Shown in pieces: positions 26,841 through 36,905 of a DNA stretch of 64,000 nucleotides. The position numbers were made by a program, and so were the translations under genes. The stretch comes from Dehalococcoidia bacterium (GTDB lineage: Bacteria; Chloroflexota; Dehalococcoidia; UBA2979): assembly GCA_965219085.1 (NCBI GenBank), contig OZ244720.1:1472001-1536000 (forward strand), written 5' to 3'. Each line of letters begins with the position of its first letter. Within the stretch, counting starts at the first letter, position 1. The notes under the pieces are model-generated. The model was given only the letters and a program-made list of their open reading frames with translations. It was not told the DNA's origin and searched no databases.

Positions 26841-27500
26841 GTGAAGGTCGTGTTCCTGGAGACCGTTGAGGGGTCCGGCACCCGTGGCGAGGTGAAAACC
26901 GTTGCCGCGGGCTATGCCCGGAACTTCCTGTTGCCGCGCGGCCTTGCCGCTCCGGCTACGCCCATCCTGCTCCAGCGGGCGGAATCGCTCGCACAGGAGG
27001 AGGAGGAGCGTCAGCGGCTCCTGGACGAGCAGGCTCAAGAGCTTGTCGGCAAGCTCGAAGGCCAACGGCTCGTGCTTCCTGTACGCGTCGGTGAGCAGGG
27101 ACGTCTGTACGGTTCCGTCACGAATGGTGACATCGCCGAGAAGGCTGGGGAGATTCTCGGCGAGGAACTGGACAGGCGTCGCATCCTGCTACCTGAGACG
27201 ATTCGCCAGGTCGGGGTCTACACCGTTCCGGTTCGGCTGTCACGTAATGTGACCGTCGAGCTGGAGGTGATCGTGGTCGACGTCGAGGCGCCGGAAGGCG
27301 TTGACGCCGCAGCCGAAGCTCTCGTGGCGCTTGCGCTCGCGGAAGACGAGGAACCGATCGCCGAGGCGGTGGACGACCCGGACGCGGCATTCGCTGAAGT
27401 CGCGCCGGAGCCGGGTAACGAATCCTCCGAGGAATCCTCCGGCTCCGTGGCTGTGGCAACTGACCCTGCGGGCGAGCCCGAGGAGTCCCCGGCCCCGTAG
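26841..27500 (+). CDS. rplI: 50S ribosomal protein L9 with acidic tail
   Basis: KVVFLETV..G..GEVKTVAAGYARNFLLP, GRLYGSVT; GTG start. Confidence 0.95.
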   Translation: MKVVFLETVEGSGTRGEVKTVAAGYARNFLLPRGLAAPATPILLQRAESLAQEEEERQRLLDEQAQELVGKLEGQRLVLPVRVGEQGRLYGSVTNGDIAEKAGEILGEELDRRRILLPETIRQVGVYTVPVRLSRNVTVELEVIVVDVEAPEGVDAAAEALVALALAEDEEPIAEAVDDPDAAFAEVAPEPGNESSEESSGSVAVATDPAGEPEESPAP

Positions 27501-27506
27501 CGTCTC

Positions 27507-28934
27507 GTGGTCAGCAGCCGGCCGGCGCAACTCCGGCCGGACACCCGGCCCCCGGTCGGCGGGCTGCCCCCGCATGACATCGCCGCCGAGGAGGCCGTGA
27601 TCGCGGCCCTCCTCCTCGACGAGGAAGCCTACCCTCGCGTCGTCCCGATCCTGCGGCCCGGGGACTTCTTCCGCGAGCAGAACCAGTGGTGCTTCGAGGC
27701 CTGCGTTGCCCTCGCCGACCGTGGCGAGACGATCACGCACCCCACCGTCACCCACGAGCTTGAGCGCGCCGCTCGCCTCGACGCGTCCGGTGGCGAACCC
27801 TACCTGTTCGAGCTCACCGGCAAGCACTTCACCGCCGAGGGCGTCGAGGCCCACGCGCGCATCGTCGCGCGCGACTCGCTGTACCGGCGGATGATCGCCG
27901 TCGCGGGACAGATCGCGCAGGTCGCGTACGCGGGTGGTCCGGACGCCAGCGCCGTGCTCGCCCAGGCCGAGGCGCTGCTGCTCACGATCCGCTCCTCTGA
28001 GTCCGCCGGCGACTTCCGCGCGCTGCGCGACCTGCTCGACGAGTTCCTCGAAGACCCCGGCGAGGCGGTCGAGGGCGTGCTCGTCAGCGCCGTGCGCACC
28101 GGCTTCATGGACCTCGACGCGCTGCTCGGCGGCTTCAAGCGCGGCGACCTCGTGATCGTGGCGGCGCGCACCGGCGTCGGGAAATCGTCGCTGCTGCTCA
28201 ACTTCGCGCGCAACGCGGCGGTCGGCCAGCACGGCACGGTCGCGTTCTTCGCCCTCGAGATGTCCGCCGACCAACTCGCGATGCGGCTGCTGTCCGCCGA
28301 GGCGGATGTCGACGCGACACGGCTGCGGCTCGGCACGCACAACGAGGACGAGGAGTCGCGCATCATGCACGCCATCGGCGCGCTCGGCGAGGCCGGCGTC
28401 TACATCGACGACTCGGCGGTGCTGAGCGTGCCGGAGATCCGCGCGAAGTGCCGGCGCTTGCAGGCCGAGCACGGCCTCGACCTCGTCGTTGTCGACTACC
28501 TGCAGTTGCTGCACTCGGCGTCACTCGGCGGTGAGAACCGCGCGTCCGAGCTGGGCAAGATCACGCGCGCGCTGAAGGAGACGGCGCGCGAGCTCGATGT
28601 GCCCGTGATCGCCGCCGCACAGCTCTCGCGCGCGGTCGAGGCGCGCACGCCGCACATCCCGATGCTGTCCGACCTGCGCGAGTCCGGCTCGATCGAGCAG
28701 GACGCCGACGTGGTGATGTTCATCTACCGCGAGGATGTCTACCGCACCCCCGAGGAGTGGCAGGACGAGCACCCCGACGACCCCGGCGGCCAGCACCCGA
28801 CGGGCCTCGCGCAACTGATGGTGGCCAAGCATCGCAACGGCCCGACGGGCACCGTGACCGTGCGCTTCCGCGACCGCACGGCGTCCTTCCAGGACCTCGT
28901 GCTGCGCGAGCCGCCGCCCGGGTTCGACGAGTGA
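27507..28934 (+). CDS. dnaB: replicative DNA helicase
   Basis: PPHDIAAE, AARTGVGKS, VVDYLQL, QLSR, DLRESGSIEQDAD, KHRNGPTG. Confidence 0.96.
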   Translation: MVSSRPAQLRPDTRPPVGGLPPHDIAAEEAVIAALLLDEEAYPRVVPILRPGDFFREQNQWCFEACVALADRGETITHPTVTHELERAARLDASGGEPYLFELTGKHFTAEGVEAHARIVARDSLYRRMIAVAGQIAQVAYAGGPDASAVLAQAEALLLTIRSSESAGDFRALRDLLDEFLEDPGEAVEGVLVSAVRTGFMDLDALLGGFKRGDLVIVAARTGVGKSSLLLNFARNAAVGQHGTVAFFALEMSADQLAMRLLSAEADVDATRLRLGTHNEDEESRIMHAIGALGEAGVYIDDSAVLSVPEIRAKCRRLQAEHGLDLVVVDYLQLLHSASLGGENRASELGKITRALKETARELDVPVIAAAQLSRAVEARTPHIPMLSDLRESGSIEQDADVVMFIYREDVYRTPEEWQDEHPDDPGGQHPTGLAQLMVAKHRNGPTGTVTVRFRDRTASFQDLVLREPPPGFDE

Positions 28935-29689
28935 CCTCCGAACGCCCACGCGAGGGGCGCCCGATCGAAGGCCCGCCGTTCGAGGGGTTCGTCGCGGGGG
29001 GCGCGGCGACCACGCTGCCCTCGCAGTTCTTCGTCGAGCTGCTGCCGCGCATCGACGACGAGGCGGAGCTGCGCGTCACGCTCTACGTGCTCTACGCGAT
29101 CGGGCGCAGCCGGGGCCCGCTGCGCGCCGTCCGCGCCTCGCAACTCGCGACTGAGGAGCCGCTGCGGCACACCCTCGCAGGCTGCGGGGGCGACTCTGCG
29201 CTCGCGCAGGCCATCGCGCGCGCCGCCGCACACGGGAGCCTGCTCACGCTCGCGCTCGAAGACGGCGACACGCTGTGCTTCGTGAACAACGAGGCCGGAC
29301 GCCGCAGCCTCGACCGCGTGCGGTCGGGCGCGACGCCGCTGCCCGGCGGCGCGCGGCTGGCCGCGCCGCACGGGGAGCCCGGCGGCGTTGGGCTCCGCGA
29401 GCCGGCACGGGTGTACGAGCAGGAGATCGGGTTACTCACGCCCTCGACCTCCGAGGCGCTGGCCGAGGCCTGCGAGCGCTACCCGGAGGACTGGGTGACG
29501 GACGCGCTGCGAGAAGCAGCGCGCAACAACGCCCGCTCGTGGGCATACGTGGAGGCGATCCTTCGCCGCTGGGATCGCGAGGGTAAGGACGATGGAACCA
29601 GGAGTACGCGGGATGCGTCCGCTCAAGGAGCTGCTGCTCGCGCAGCGCGCGATCACGGCCCGTACGAACGCGTCATCCGCCGCAGCTAG
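28931..29689 (+). CDS. DnaD domain protein
   Basis: FFVELLPRIDD.AELRV; C-terminal YEQEIG..WV.DAL.EA..NNARSW.YV..IL.RW; GTGA overlap. Confidence 0.85.
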   Translation: MTSERPREGRPIEGPPFEGFVAGGAATTLPSQFFVELLPRIDDEAELRVTLYVLYAIGRSRGPLRAVRASQLATEEPLRHTLAGCGGDSALAQAIARAAAHGSLLTLALEDGDTLCFVNNEAGRRSLDRVRSGATPLPGGARLAAPHGEPGGVGLREPARVYEQEIGLLTPSTSEALAEACERYPEDWVTDALREAARNNARSWAYVEAILRRWDREGKDDGTRSTRDASAQGAAARAARDHGPYERVIRRS

Positions 29690-30965
29690 CGTCCCGGCCG
29701 CCTCGCGCGAGCCGGTGTGCGCCGAGTGCGGGGGCGCGCGCTTCGTGCGTGTGACCGCGGCCATCGACGACCCCAACTTCGGTCGCGCCGTGCCGTGCAG
29801 TTGCGCGCGCGCGGAGGACGAGGCGGAGCGGCGCGCGCGCCTGCTTCGCTACTCACGGCTCGGCGCCCTCGAACGCTTCACGTTCGAGACCCTGCTGCCG
29901 CAGGGCCGGTCGAGCGACGCGCGGGCGCGCGAGCGCTACGCCGTCGCCGTCGAGGCGGCGCGACGCTTTGCCGAGCAGCCCGAGGGCTGGCTGGTGCTCA
30001 GTGGCGTGCCCGGCTGTGGCAAGACCCACCTCGCAGCCGCCATCGTCAACCGCGCGATCGAGCGCGGCAGCCCCGCGCTCTTCTTCACCGTCGCGGACCT
30101 GCTCGACCGCCTGCGCGCCTCCTACGACGACGACGCGGAGTTCGCCTACGACCGCCTCAGCGAGCACCTGCGAGCCGCGCCGCTGCTCGTGCTCGACGAC
30201 CTCGACGGCTACTCGGAGACGGCGTGGGCGCGTGAGAAGTTCGTACAGCTCGTCTCGCACCGCTTCCACGCCGCACTGCCGACGGTCTTTACCTCGATCA
30301 CCGCGCCGGAGGATGTCGACGGTCGCCTCGGCGCGAGGCTCAGCGACCCGTCACTCGTGCAGCAGTTCGTGCTGGAGGAGCCGCCGCGGCAGCACTTCAC
30401 CGCGGTAGGCGGGATGACACCGGATCGCCTCCCGGCATTCAGCTTCGAGGCGTTCCGCCCAGGCGGCCACGGCCTCCGGGGCGAAGCGAGGCGCAACCTC
30501 GAGGCGGCGTTCCGTCTCGCCCGCAGGTGGGCCGACCAGCCCGCAGGTTGGCTCGTGCTGCTCGGCGCGAACGGCACCGGCAAGACCCACCTCGCCGCGG
30601 CCATCGCCTCCCACCGCGTCGAGGCGGGTGACCGCGTCGCCTTCGCGACGGTGCCCGACCTCCTCGACGAGTTGCGCGCGACGTTCGACCCAGAGTCGGG
30701 CGAACGCTTCGACACCGTGTTCGGCCGCCTCCGCGACGTGGACCTGCTGATCCTCGACGACCTCGGCGCGCACCAGTCCAGCGGGTGGGCGCAGGAGAAG
30801 CTGTACCAGCTGCTCAACTACCGCCACCTCGGCCGGTGCCCGACCGTCGTCACGAGCGACCTCGAGCTCACGAAGCTGGAGCCGCGCATCGCCTCGCGGC
30901 TGGGCGACCTACAGGTGGCGACGGTCTACGAGTTGCGCGTGCCCGACTACCGCATGGGGTCATAA
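29592..30965 (+). CDS. DnaC/IstB-like helicase loader with two AAA+ domains
   Basis: CAEC..CSC Zn site; GVPGCGKT/LVLDDL and GANGTGKT/LILDDL. Confidence 0.88.
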   Translation: MEPGVRGMRPLKELLLAQRAITARTNASSAAASVPAASREPVCAECGGARFVRVTAAIDDPNFGRAVPCSCARAEDEAERRARLLRYSRLGALERFTFETLLPQGRSSDARARERYAVAVEAARRFAEQPEGWLVLSGVPGCGKTHLAAAIVNRAIERGSPALFFTVADLLDRLRASYDDDAEFAYDRLSEHLRAAPLLVLDDLDGYSETAWAREKFVQLVSHRFHAALPTVFTSITAPEDVDGRLGARLSDPSLVQQFVLEEPPRQHFTAVGGMTPDRLPAFSFEAFRPGGHGLRGEARRNLEAAFRLARRWADQPAGWLVLLGANGTGKTHLAAAIASHRVEAGDRVAFATVPDLLDELRATFDPESGERFDTVFGRLRDVDLLILDDLGAHQSSGWAQEKLYQLLNYRHLGRCPTVVTSDLELTKLEPRIASRLGDLQVATVYELRVPDYRMGS

Positions 30966-31040
30966 GTAACATAATCGCGCAACTGTGCTACAGTCGCGAA
31001 GCACCCGCTCCCGGGAAGGTGACGACGGAAACTCGTGGCG

Positions 31041-31349
31041 ATGGCATCAGACACCCTCAGTATCTCCAAGGAGCTGCGCGCGGCGGGCTTCAGCGAAGAG
31101 CAGGCAGACACGCTCGCGACGCAGATTGCTGCGCAGCCGGATGAGCTCGTGACCAGGCAAGACCTGGCGATCGCCGTCGCGGGTCTGGATCGGAAGATTG
31201 ACCAAGTCGATGCCAAGATCGATCAGGTCGATCAGAAGGTCGATGGCATCGCCCGCGAGCTGCTCTTGAAACTTGGGGCGATGATGGTCGCCGGCTTCAG
31301 CCTCACACTCACCGCAGTTGGCATCGCGGTTGTGGTGCTCGCCAGCTAG
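31041..31349 (+). CDS. DUF1640/CCDC90-like coiled-coil membrane protein
   Basis: DTL..SKELRAAGFSEEQA, KIDQVD heptads, C-terminal TM. Confidence 0.75.
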   Translation: MASDTLSISKELRAAGFSEEQADTLATQIAAQPDELVTRQDLAIAVAGLDRKIDQVDAKIDQVDQKVDGIARELLLKLGAMMVAGFSLTLTAVGIAVVVLAS

Positions 31350-31376
31350 CTCGGGTAGTCGCGCGGACCACGCCTC

Positions 31377-31559
31377 GTGCTGCCTGATCCGATGACGAAG
31401 CGAGACCTCTCGGCCGCCACTCAGCGGATCGACGAGTCGGTCGACCGGGTGGTTCGAAAGCTGCTCGTAGGCCTCGGGGCCATCATGGTCGTGGGCTTCA
31501 GCCTCACGTTGTTGGCCCTCGCCATCGGCACCTGGATCATCATCGCGCAGGTGAAGTAG
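31377..31559 (+). CDS. truncated paralog of the upstream DUF1640-like gene
   Basis: TKRDL and LGAIMVVGFSLTL match the upstream TRQDL and LGAMMVAGFSLTL. Confidence 0.55.
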   Translation: MLPDPMTKRDLSAATQRIDESVDRVVRKLLVGLGAIMVVGFSLTLLALAIGTWIIIAQVK

Positions 31560-31580
31560 TGCGCGATGAAGACCGACGCG

Positions 31581-32303
31581 TTACGCGCCGGCGAGGTGCT
31601 CCGCTCCCGCGGGCCGAGGACTCACGCCCTCCTGCCACATCGAGCCATCCGTACCGTGTTCGCGCTTCCACACCGGCACCGTCTCCTTGATGCGGTCGAC
31701 GGCGCGCAGGGCGGCCTCGAACGCGTCGCCGCGGTGCGCGGCGGCGACAGCGACGAGCAGCGACACGTCGCCGATCTCCAGCATCCCGATGCGGTGATGC
31801 GCGGCGATCTGGTGCACCTCGCGGTCCGCGAACTCGGCGAGCACCGCGTCGCCGACGTCGGCCATCTGCCGCTCCGCCATCGGCGCGTACGCCTCGTACT
31901 CGAGCCTCGCGACGCCGCGGCCCTCGTGGTGGTTGCGCACCACCCCCTCGAACAGCACGACCGCGCCGCTGGCGTCGGTGGCCACGAGGTCGCGCAACGC
32001 GTCACGGTCGAGGGGCTGCTCGGTGACGAGGTAGCGGGGTGTGGGTGCGGCGCCGGCGCCGCCGGAGATGGGCTGGATGAGCGCGACCTCGTCGCCGGGG
32101 CCGATCTCGGTGGCCGCGTCGAGGCAGTACTCCTGGTTGATCGCGACGGCGAGGGTTGGCAGGTACGGCTCGAGCGCGGGGTGCGAGCGCTCGAGGTGGC
32201 GATGCAGCTCGGCGACGGTGATGCACTCGCCCGCGACGTCCTCGCGGAGGTCGCCGCCCATGAGCTCGCGGAGCTGCGCGAAGAGCCGGATACGTACCTG
32301 CAC
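31581..32303 (-). CDS. MoaD-MoaE fusion (molybdopterin synthase)
   Basis: VRIRLFAQLRE..VAINQEY..GDEVALIQPISGG then GAVVLFEGVVR, LEYEAY, HRIG, VPVWKRE; GTG start. Confidence 0.92.
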   Translation of the reverse strand: MQVRIRLFAQLRELMGGDLREDVAGECITVAELHRHLERSHPALEPYLPTLAVAINQEYCLDAATEIGPGDEVALIQPISGGAGAAPTPRYLVTEQPLDRDALRDLVATDASGAVVLFEGVVRNHHEGRGVARLEYEAYAPMAERQMADVGDAVLAEFADREVHQIAAHHRIGMLEIGDVSLLVAVAAAHRGDAFEAALRAVDRIKETVPVWKREHGTDGSMWQEGVSPRPAGAEHLAGA

Positions 32304-32413
32304 GTCGGAAGTCCCTCGCTTCGAGCGCGTCCGCCGGGGCGGTTCCGCCAACGCCAGTATACGCTCGGCTTGTCGCAGGCTCGGCCCGGGCGACGCGGGA
32401 ATGGCGAGGCGCG

Positions 32414-33145
32414 ATGAGGCTGCGGAGCGCGGTACGCACGCTGGGTCCAGCGCTGCGGCAGGGACTCGGCGATGCGTTGCTTCCGCAGCGCTGCATCGCC
32501 TGCGGCCGCTTCGGCGCGGCGTTGCATGAGGAGTGCCTCGCCGCCCTCCCGCACGCCACGCCGCCACGCTGCCCGCGCTGCTGGCTCCCCACGGCCGCCG
32601 AGCCGCGCGCCTCGCGGCGTCGCGACGGCGCGTGCTCGCGATGCGCCGCCGACCCGCCGCCGTTCGAGGGGCTTCGCACCCCGTACCGGTTCGCCGGCCA
32701 CGCCCGGCGCGCCGTGATCGAGGCGAAGTTCCGCGGCGTGAGCGCGCTCCTCGACCCATTGGGGCGGGCCGCGGCGCGCGTCGTGCCCGCCTCGTGGAGC
32801 GTCGACGTGGTCACGGCCGTGCCGCTCCACGGTGCGCGCAGGCGCAAGCGCGGGTTCGACCAGGCGCTGCTGCTCGCTGGGGCCGTGGCCGACGAACTCG
32901 GCGTCCCGCTGCGAGGCGGCCTGCTGCGCCGCCGCCGCGCGACGAGTGCGCAGACCGCGCTCGGCGTCGACCGCCGCCGCAGCAACATGGCCGGCGCGTT
33001 CGAGGTCCTCGATGTCCCACCGCCGTCGGTGCTGCTCGTTGACGACGTGGCGACGACGGGCGCGACGCTCGGCGCGGGGGCTCGGGCGCTGCTCGATGGG
33101 GGCGCGGAGCGGGTGTACGCGCTGGCCGTGGCGCGTGAGGACTAA
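32414..33145 (+). CDS. ComF-family phosphoribosyltransferase-like protein
   Basis: Zn-ribbon Cys, VPLH..R.RKRGFDQ, LVDDVATTGAT. Confidence 0.9.
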   Translation: MRLRSAVRTLGPALRQGLGDALLPQRCIACGRFGAALHEECLAALPHATPPRCPRCWLPTAAEPRASRRRDGACSRCAADPPPFEGLRTPYRFAGHARRAVIEAKFRGVSALLDPLGRAAARVVPASWSVDVVTAVPLHGARRRKRGFDQALLLAGAVADELGVPLRGGLLRRRRATSAQTALGVDRRRSNMAGAFEVLDVPPPSVLLVDDVATTGATLGAGARALLDGGAERVYALAVARED

Positions 33146-33159
33146 CGTTCAGCAGCCCC

Positions 33160-33951
33160 CTACAGGCCGTTCGTGTCGCAGATGTCGGTGTCGACAAGGA
33201 TCGAGCCGGTGAGCTCCTCGACTGGTTGCTCGCTGATCCAGACCGCCGCCTTGCCCATGCTGTCGGCCGTCTCGAAGTCCAGGGTCGGATGCTGCGGGTC
33301 GTTCTCCGCGAAGATGTTCCCGGGCGTGCGCACCCGGCGCGTGAGCAGCAACAGGTTCACGGACACCCCGGTGTCCTGCAGCTGCCACGCCTGTGTCTGC
33401 GTGAAGTGCCAGACGAAGCCCTCGGCCGGGCCGAAGAAGCCGTCCGCCGATGTCTGCTTGGCGGTCTCGGGATACGGGCCGGGCCCCGGCATCGCGCCCC
33501 CGCCGCCCGACACGAAGATGATGTGTCCCCCGCCGCGCGCCACCATGTGCGGCAGGACCGCGCGAGCGGTGAGCACGGGGCCGCGGACGTTCACCTCGAG
33601 GCTGACGTTGATGTGCCGCAGTTGCGCCGTGCGCAGGTCGCCCGGCACGAAGATCGCGGCGTTGTGCACGAGGATGTCGACGCCGCCCCACTCCTCGGCG
33701 GTGCGCTGCACGGCGTGCTCGATGCTGTCGGGATCGCGGACGTTCATCACGACCGGCAGGGCGCTGCCGCCCTCGGCCGCGATCTCCCCGGCGACCGAGT
33801 AGATCGTGCCGGGCAGCCGCGGGTCCCGGACCACCTCGGTGCGCGCGCCGGCGGCGACCTTCGCGCCGGCGCGCGCGAGGTGCTTCGCGATGTCGGCGCC
33901 GATGCCGCGACTCGCGCCGGCGACGATCGCCACCTTGCCGTCGAGGGTCAT
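33160..33951 (-). CDS. atypical SDR oxidoreductase
   Basis: AGASRGIG, DILVHNA; YxxxK replaced by FGPAE. Confidence 0.85.
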   Translation of the reverse strand: MTLDGKVAIVAGASRGIGADIAKHLARAGAKVAAGARTEVVRDPRLPGTIYSVAGEIAAEGGSALPVVMNVRDPDSIEHAVQRTAEEWGGVDILVHNAAIFVPGDLRTAQLRHINVSLEVNVRGPVLTARAVLPHMVARGGGHIIFVSGGGGAMPGPGPYPETAKQTSADGFFGPAEGFVWHFTQTQAWQLQDTGVSVNLLLLTRRVRTPGNIFAENDPQHPTLDFETADSMGKAAVWISEQPVEELTGSILVDTDICDTNGL

Positions 33952-34271
33952 CGTGGTCCTCCAGCGTGTCGTCTCACGCGGCCGTCGTGCGTGCTCGTGG
34001 CGGCCGGTCGTCCCGTGCGCCGGTACCGGCAGGGTAGACCTCGATGGACACTGCGACAGTTGCCGGGCGCCTCGATCCGTGCATCGGGGGCGCGTACCGC
34101 CCGACGAAGACATCGCGAGACGGAGCGGGCGCCATCGCCGAGCCCGTGCTCCCGGCCGCGGTCATCGCCACGCTCGCGATCAGCCTGCGGCGTCTGCGGC
34201 GCCCCGGGGGCTGGTAAGTGCACCCGGCACGGACCTAGAATCGTTCGACTGGGCTACGGCGGGGGGCTCCA

Positions 34272-35231
34272 GTGATAGTGACCGTAACCCTCAATCCCGC
34301 GATCGATCAGACCATCGAAATCGACGCACTCATCGAGGGCGACACGAATCGTGTCGCCTCGAACCGCTGGGACGTGGGCGGCAAGGGCATCAACGTCGCC
34401 CGCGTGCTCAAGGAGCTCGGCTACGAACCGCTCGCCTGCGGGTTCGCGCCCGGCGACATGGGACGGATGATCGAGGACTCGCTGCTCGACGCCGGGATCG
34501 GCTGCGAGTTCATGTTCGTGCCGGGCGAGACCCGCACCAACATCACGATCCTCGACCGCACCAGCCACGTGCACACGGTCCTCGCCGCCGCCGGGCCGAG
34601 GGTGACCGACCACGCCATCACGCAGCTGCGGTCCCGCCTCGCGCGCAGGCTGCGGCCGCGCATCGAGAGCTGGCTCGTGCTCGCCGGCTCGATCCCGCCC
34701 GGCACCGACGCCGGGCTATACGTCGACCTGCTCGGCATCGCGGCCGACCGCCAGGCGAAGACGGCGCTGGACGCCGACGGCCAGATCGTCGCGCAGGTGC
34801 TCGCCGCCGGCGCCGCGCCGCACCTGCTCAAGCTCAACGACCACGAGGCCGGGCGACTGCTCGGCAGCACCATCGAGGGCGCCGACGCGGCGCTCGATGC
34901 GGCGCGCATGCTGCGTTCGTGGGGCGTCGAGCACGCGGTGATCACGCTCGGGAGCGAGGGCTGCGTGGCGTCGACCTCCGAGGGCGACTTCCGCGTCCCG
35001 GCGCCGTTCGTGGAGGTCAACTCGGCGGTCGGGGCGGGCGACGCGTTCCTCGCCGGCCTGCTGTTCTCGCTCGTGCGTGACCATGCGTGGTCCGAGGCAC
35101 TGGTGACCGCGACGGCGGCCGGAGCGGCGACGTGCCTGTCGCCGGGCACGGCGCTGTGCGGAGCCGCGGACACGCACCGCCTGGAGACACGCGTGCGCGT
35201 CGAGCGGGTGGGCCCTGTGGTCGCGGTCTGA
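34272..35231 (+). CDS. 1-phosphofructokinase-family hexose kinase (PfkB family)
   Basis: [34 protein letters not shown]. Confidence 0.92.
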   Translation: MIVTVTLNPAIDQTIEIDALIEGDTNRVASNRWDVGGKGINVARVLKELGYEPLACGFAPGDMGRMIEDSLLDAGIGCEFMFVPGETRTNITILDRTSHVHTVLAAAGPRVTDHAITQLRSRLARRLRPRIESWLVLAGSIPPGTDAGLYVDLLGIAADRQAKTALDADGQIVAQVLAAGAAPHLLKLNDHEAGRLLGSTIEGADAALDAARMLRSWGVEHAVITLGSEGCVASTSEGDFRVPAPFVEVNSAVGAGDAFLAGLLFSLVRDHAWSEALVTATAAGAATCLSPGTALCGAADTHRLETRVRVERVGPVVAV

Positions 35232-35322
35232 CTCCGCTCGTCCAGGCCTCGGCTCCCACGGACGCCGCGCGTATGCGTGCTACGGTGGAAGAGCAGACAC
35301 ACGGGTGTTGCGAGGGGCAAAT

Positions 35323-36591
35323 ATGAGCATGGTGGCGAACTTGAGCGGGGCGCTCGCGGACACGGATCCGGCGGTAGCGGCGTCGATTTCGCGCGAGGAG
35401 GATCGACAGCGGACGACGCTGGAGATGATCGCCTCGGAGAACTTCACCTCCCGCGCGGTGCTCGAGGCCGTCGGCAGCGTGCTCACCAACAAGTACGCCG
35501 AGGGCCTGCCCGGCCGCCGCTACTACGGCGGCTGCGACTTCGTCGACGAGGTCGAGACGCTCGCGATCGAGCGCGCCCAGGCACTCTTCGGCGCCGACCA
35601 CGCCAACGTGCAGCCGCACTCCGGCGCGCAGGCGAACATGGCCGTCTACTTCTCCGTGCTGAAGCCAGGCGACACCGTGATGGGCATGCGCCTCGACCAG
35701 GGTGGCCACCTCACCCACGGCAGCCACGTCAACTTCAGCGGCAAGCTCTTCGAGTTCGTCTCCTACGGCGTCGACCGCGAGAGCGAGACCATCGACTACG
35801 AGGAGATGGCGCGACTCGCCGAGGAGCACCGCCCCAAGCTCATCGTCACCGGCGCCACGGCATACCCGCGGCGGATCGACTTCCAGCGTGCCCGCGAGAT
35901 CGCCGACGGCATCGGCGCGATGCACATGGCGGACATGGCGCACATCGCCGGGCTCGTCGCGGCCGGCGTGCACCCCACGCCCGTGGGCCACGCGCAGCTC
36001 ATTACCAGTTCGACGCACAAGACGCTGCGCGGTCCGCGCGGCGGCCTCGTGCTGTCCGACGCGGACTACGCCCGCCGGGTCGACCGCGGCGTGTTCCCGG
36101 TGGCGCAGGGCGGGCCGCTCATGCACGTCATCGCCGGCAAGGCGGTGGCGCTGGGCGAGGCCTCGACCGAGGCGTTCCGCGCCTACTCGCGGCAGACGGT
36201 CGAGAACGCGCGCCTGCTCGGCGAGACGCTCGTCGACGCCGGGCTGCGCGTCGTCAGCGGCGGTACCGACAACCACCTGCTGCTCGTCGACGTGACGCCG
36301 AAGGGCCTCACCGGCCAGAGCGCCGAGGACGCGCTGGCCCGCGCGGGCATCGTCGTCAACAAGAACGCGATCCCCTACGACGAGCTGCCCCCGGCGACCG
36401 CATCGGGCATCCGCATCGGCACGCCCGCGCTCACCTCGCGCGGCCTCGAGTCGGACGAGCTGCGCCGGGTGGGCGAGCTGATCGCGCGCGTCCTCGACGC
36501 GCCCGAGGACGACGATATGGCCGCGGCCGCGCGCGCCGAGGTGCTGGAGCTGTGCGACGCGTTCCCGGCGCCGGGAGTGCCCGCGGCGTAG
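35323..36591 (+). CDS. glyA: serine hydroxymethyltransferase
   Basis: [37 protein letters not shown]. Confidence 0.97.
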   Translation: MSMVANLSGALADTDPAVAASISREEDRQRTTLEMIASENFTSRAVLEAVGSVLTNKYAEGLPGRRYYGGCDFVDEVETLAIERAQALFGADHANVQPHSGAQANMAVYFSVLKPGDTVMGMRLDQGGHLTHGSHVNFSGKLFEFVSYGVDRESETIDYEEMARLAEEHRPKLIVTGATAYPRRIDFQRAREIADGIGAMHMADMAHIAGLVAAGVHPTPVGHAQLITSSTHKTLRGPRGGLVLSDADYARRVDRGVFPVAQGGPLMHVIAGKAVALGEASTEAFRAYSRQTVENARLLGETLVDAGLRVVSGGTDNHLLLVDVTPKGLTGQSAEDALARAGIVVNKNAIPYDELPPATASGIRIGTPALTSRGLESDELRRVGELIARVLDAPEDDDMAAAARAEVLELCDAFPAPGVPAA

Positions 36592-36632
36592 CTCACCCGG
36601 CGTTCGTTGTGCGATCCGAGTCGGAGGAACCT

Positions 36633-36905
36633 GTGACGGCTGCCCGCCGTCCCGCCGAAGAAGTGGCGCGCCTCGGCGATGCGATCTACGAGCGCGACAT
36701 CCGTTCGCGCGTCGAGGACACCCACGATGGAGCGTTCGTAGCCATCGATGTAGGAAGCGGCCGCTGGGCAATGGGCGACAGCGAACTGTCTGCCGCCGAC
36801 CGCCTTCGCGCGCAGCAGCCTGACGCGATCGATGTCTGGCTACTGCGGATTGGCTATCGGGTGGTTGCCAGTATTGGGGGCGGCGCCCCGCAGAGGAGCC
36901 GATGA
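36633..36905 (+). CDS. small DUF5678-like protein
   Basis: EEVARLGDAIYERDIR..HDGAFVAIDV.SG..WLLRIG; GGAGG RBS; ATGA overlap with the next gene. Confidence 0.75.
   Translation: MTAARRPAEEVARLGDAIYERDIRSRVEDTHDGAFVAIDVGSGRWAMGDSELSAADRLRAQQPDAIDVWLLRIGYRVVASIGGGAPQRSR

Noticed and set aside
29592-30965. IS21 IstB transposition helper
   Set aside because: No IstA or terminal repeats; sits in the dnaB-dnaD operon
33952-34271. Possible small gene or RNA in the divergent SDR-pfkB gap
   Set aside because: Only a short hydrophobic fragment with no convincing start; promoter-like hexamers explain part of it
35232-35322. ZTP/THF/purine riboswitch before glyA or the pur genes
   Set aside because: No recognisable consensus by eye; an Infernal search would be needed
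35277-36905. 542-aa ORF overlapping glyA
   Set aside because: Only the last 90 codons (from 36633) look like a real gene
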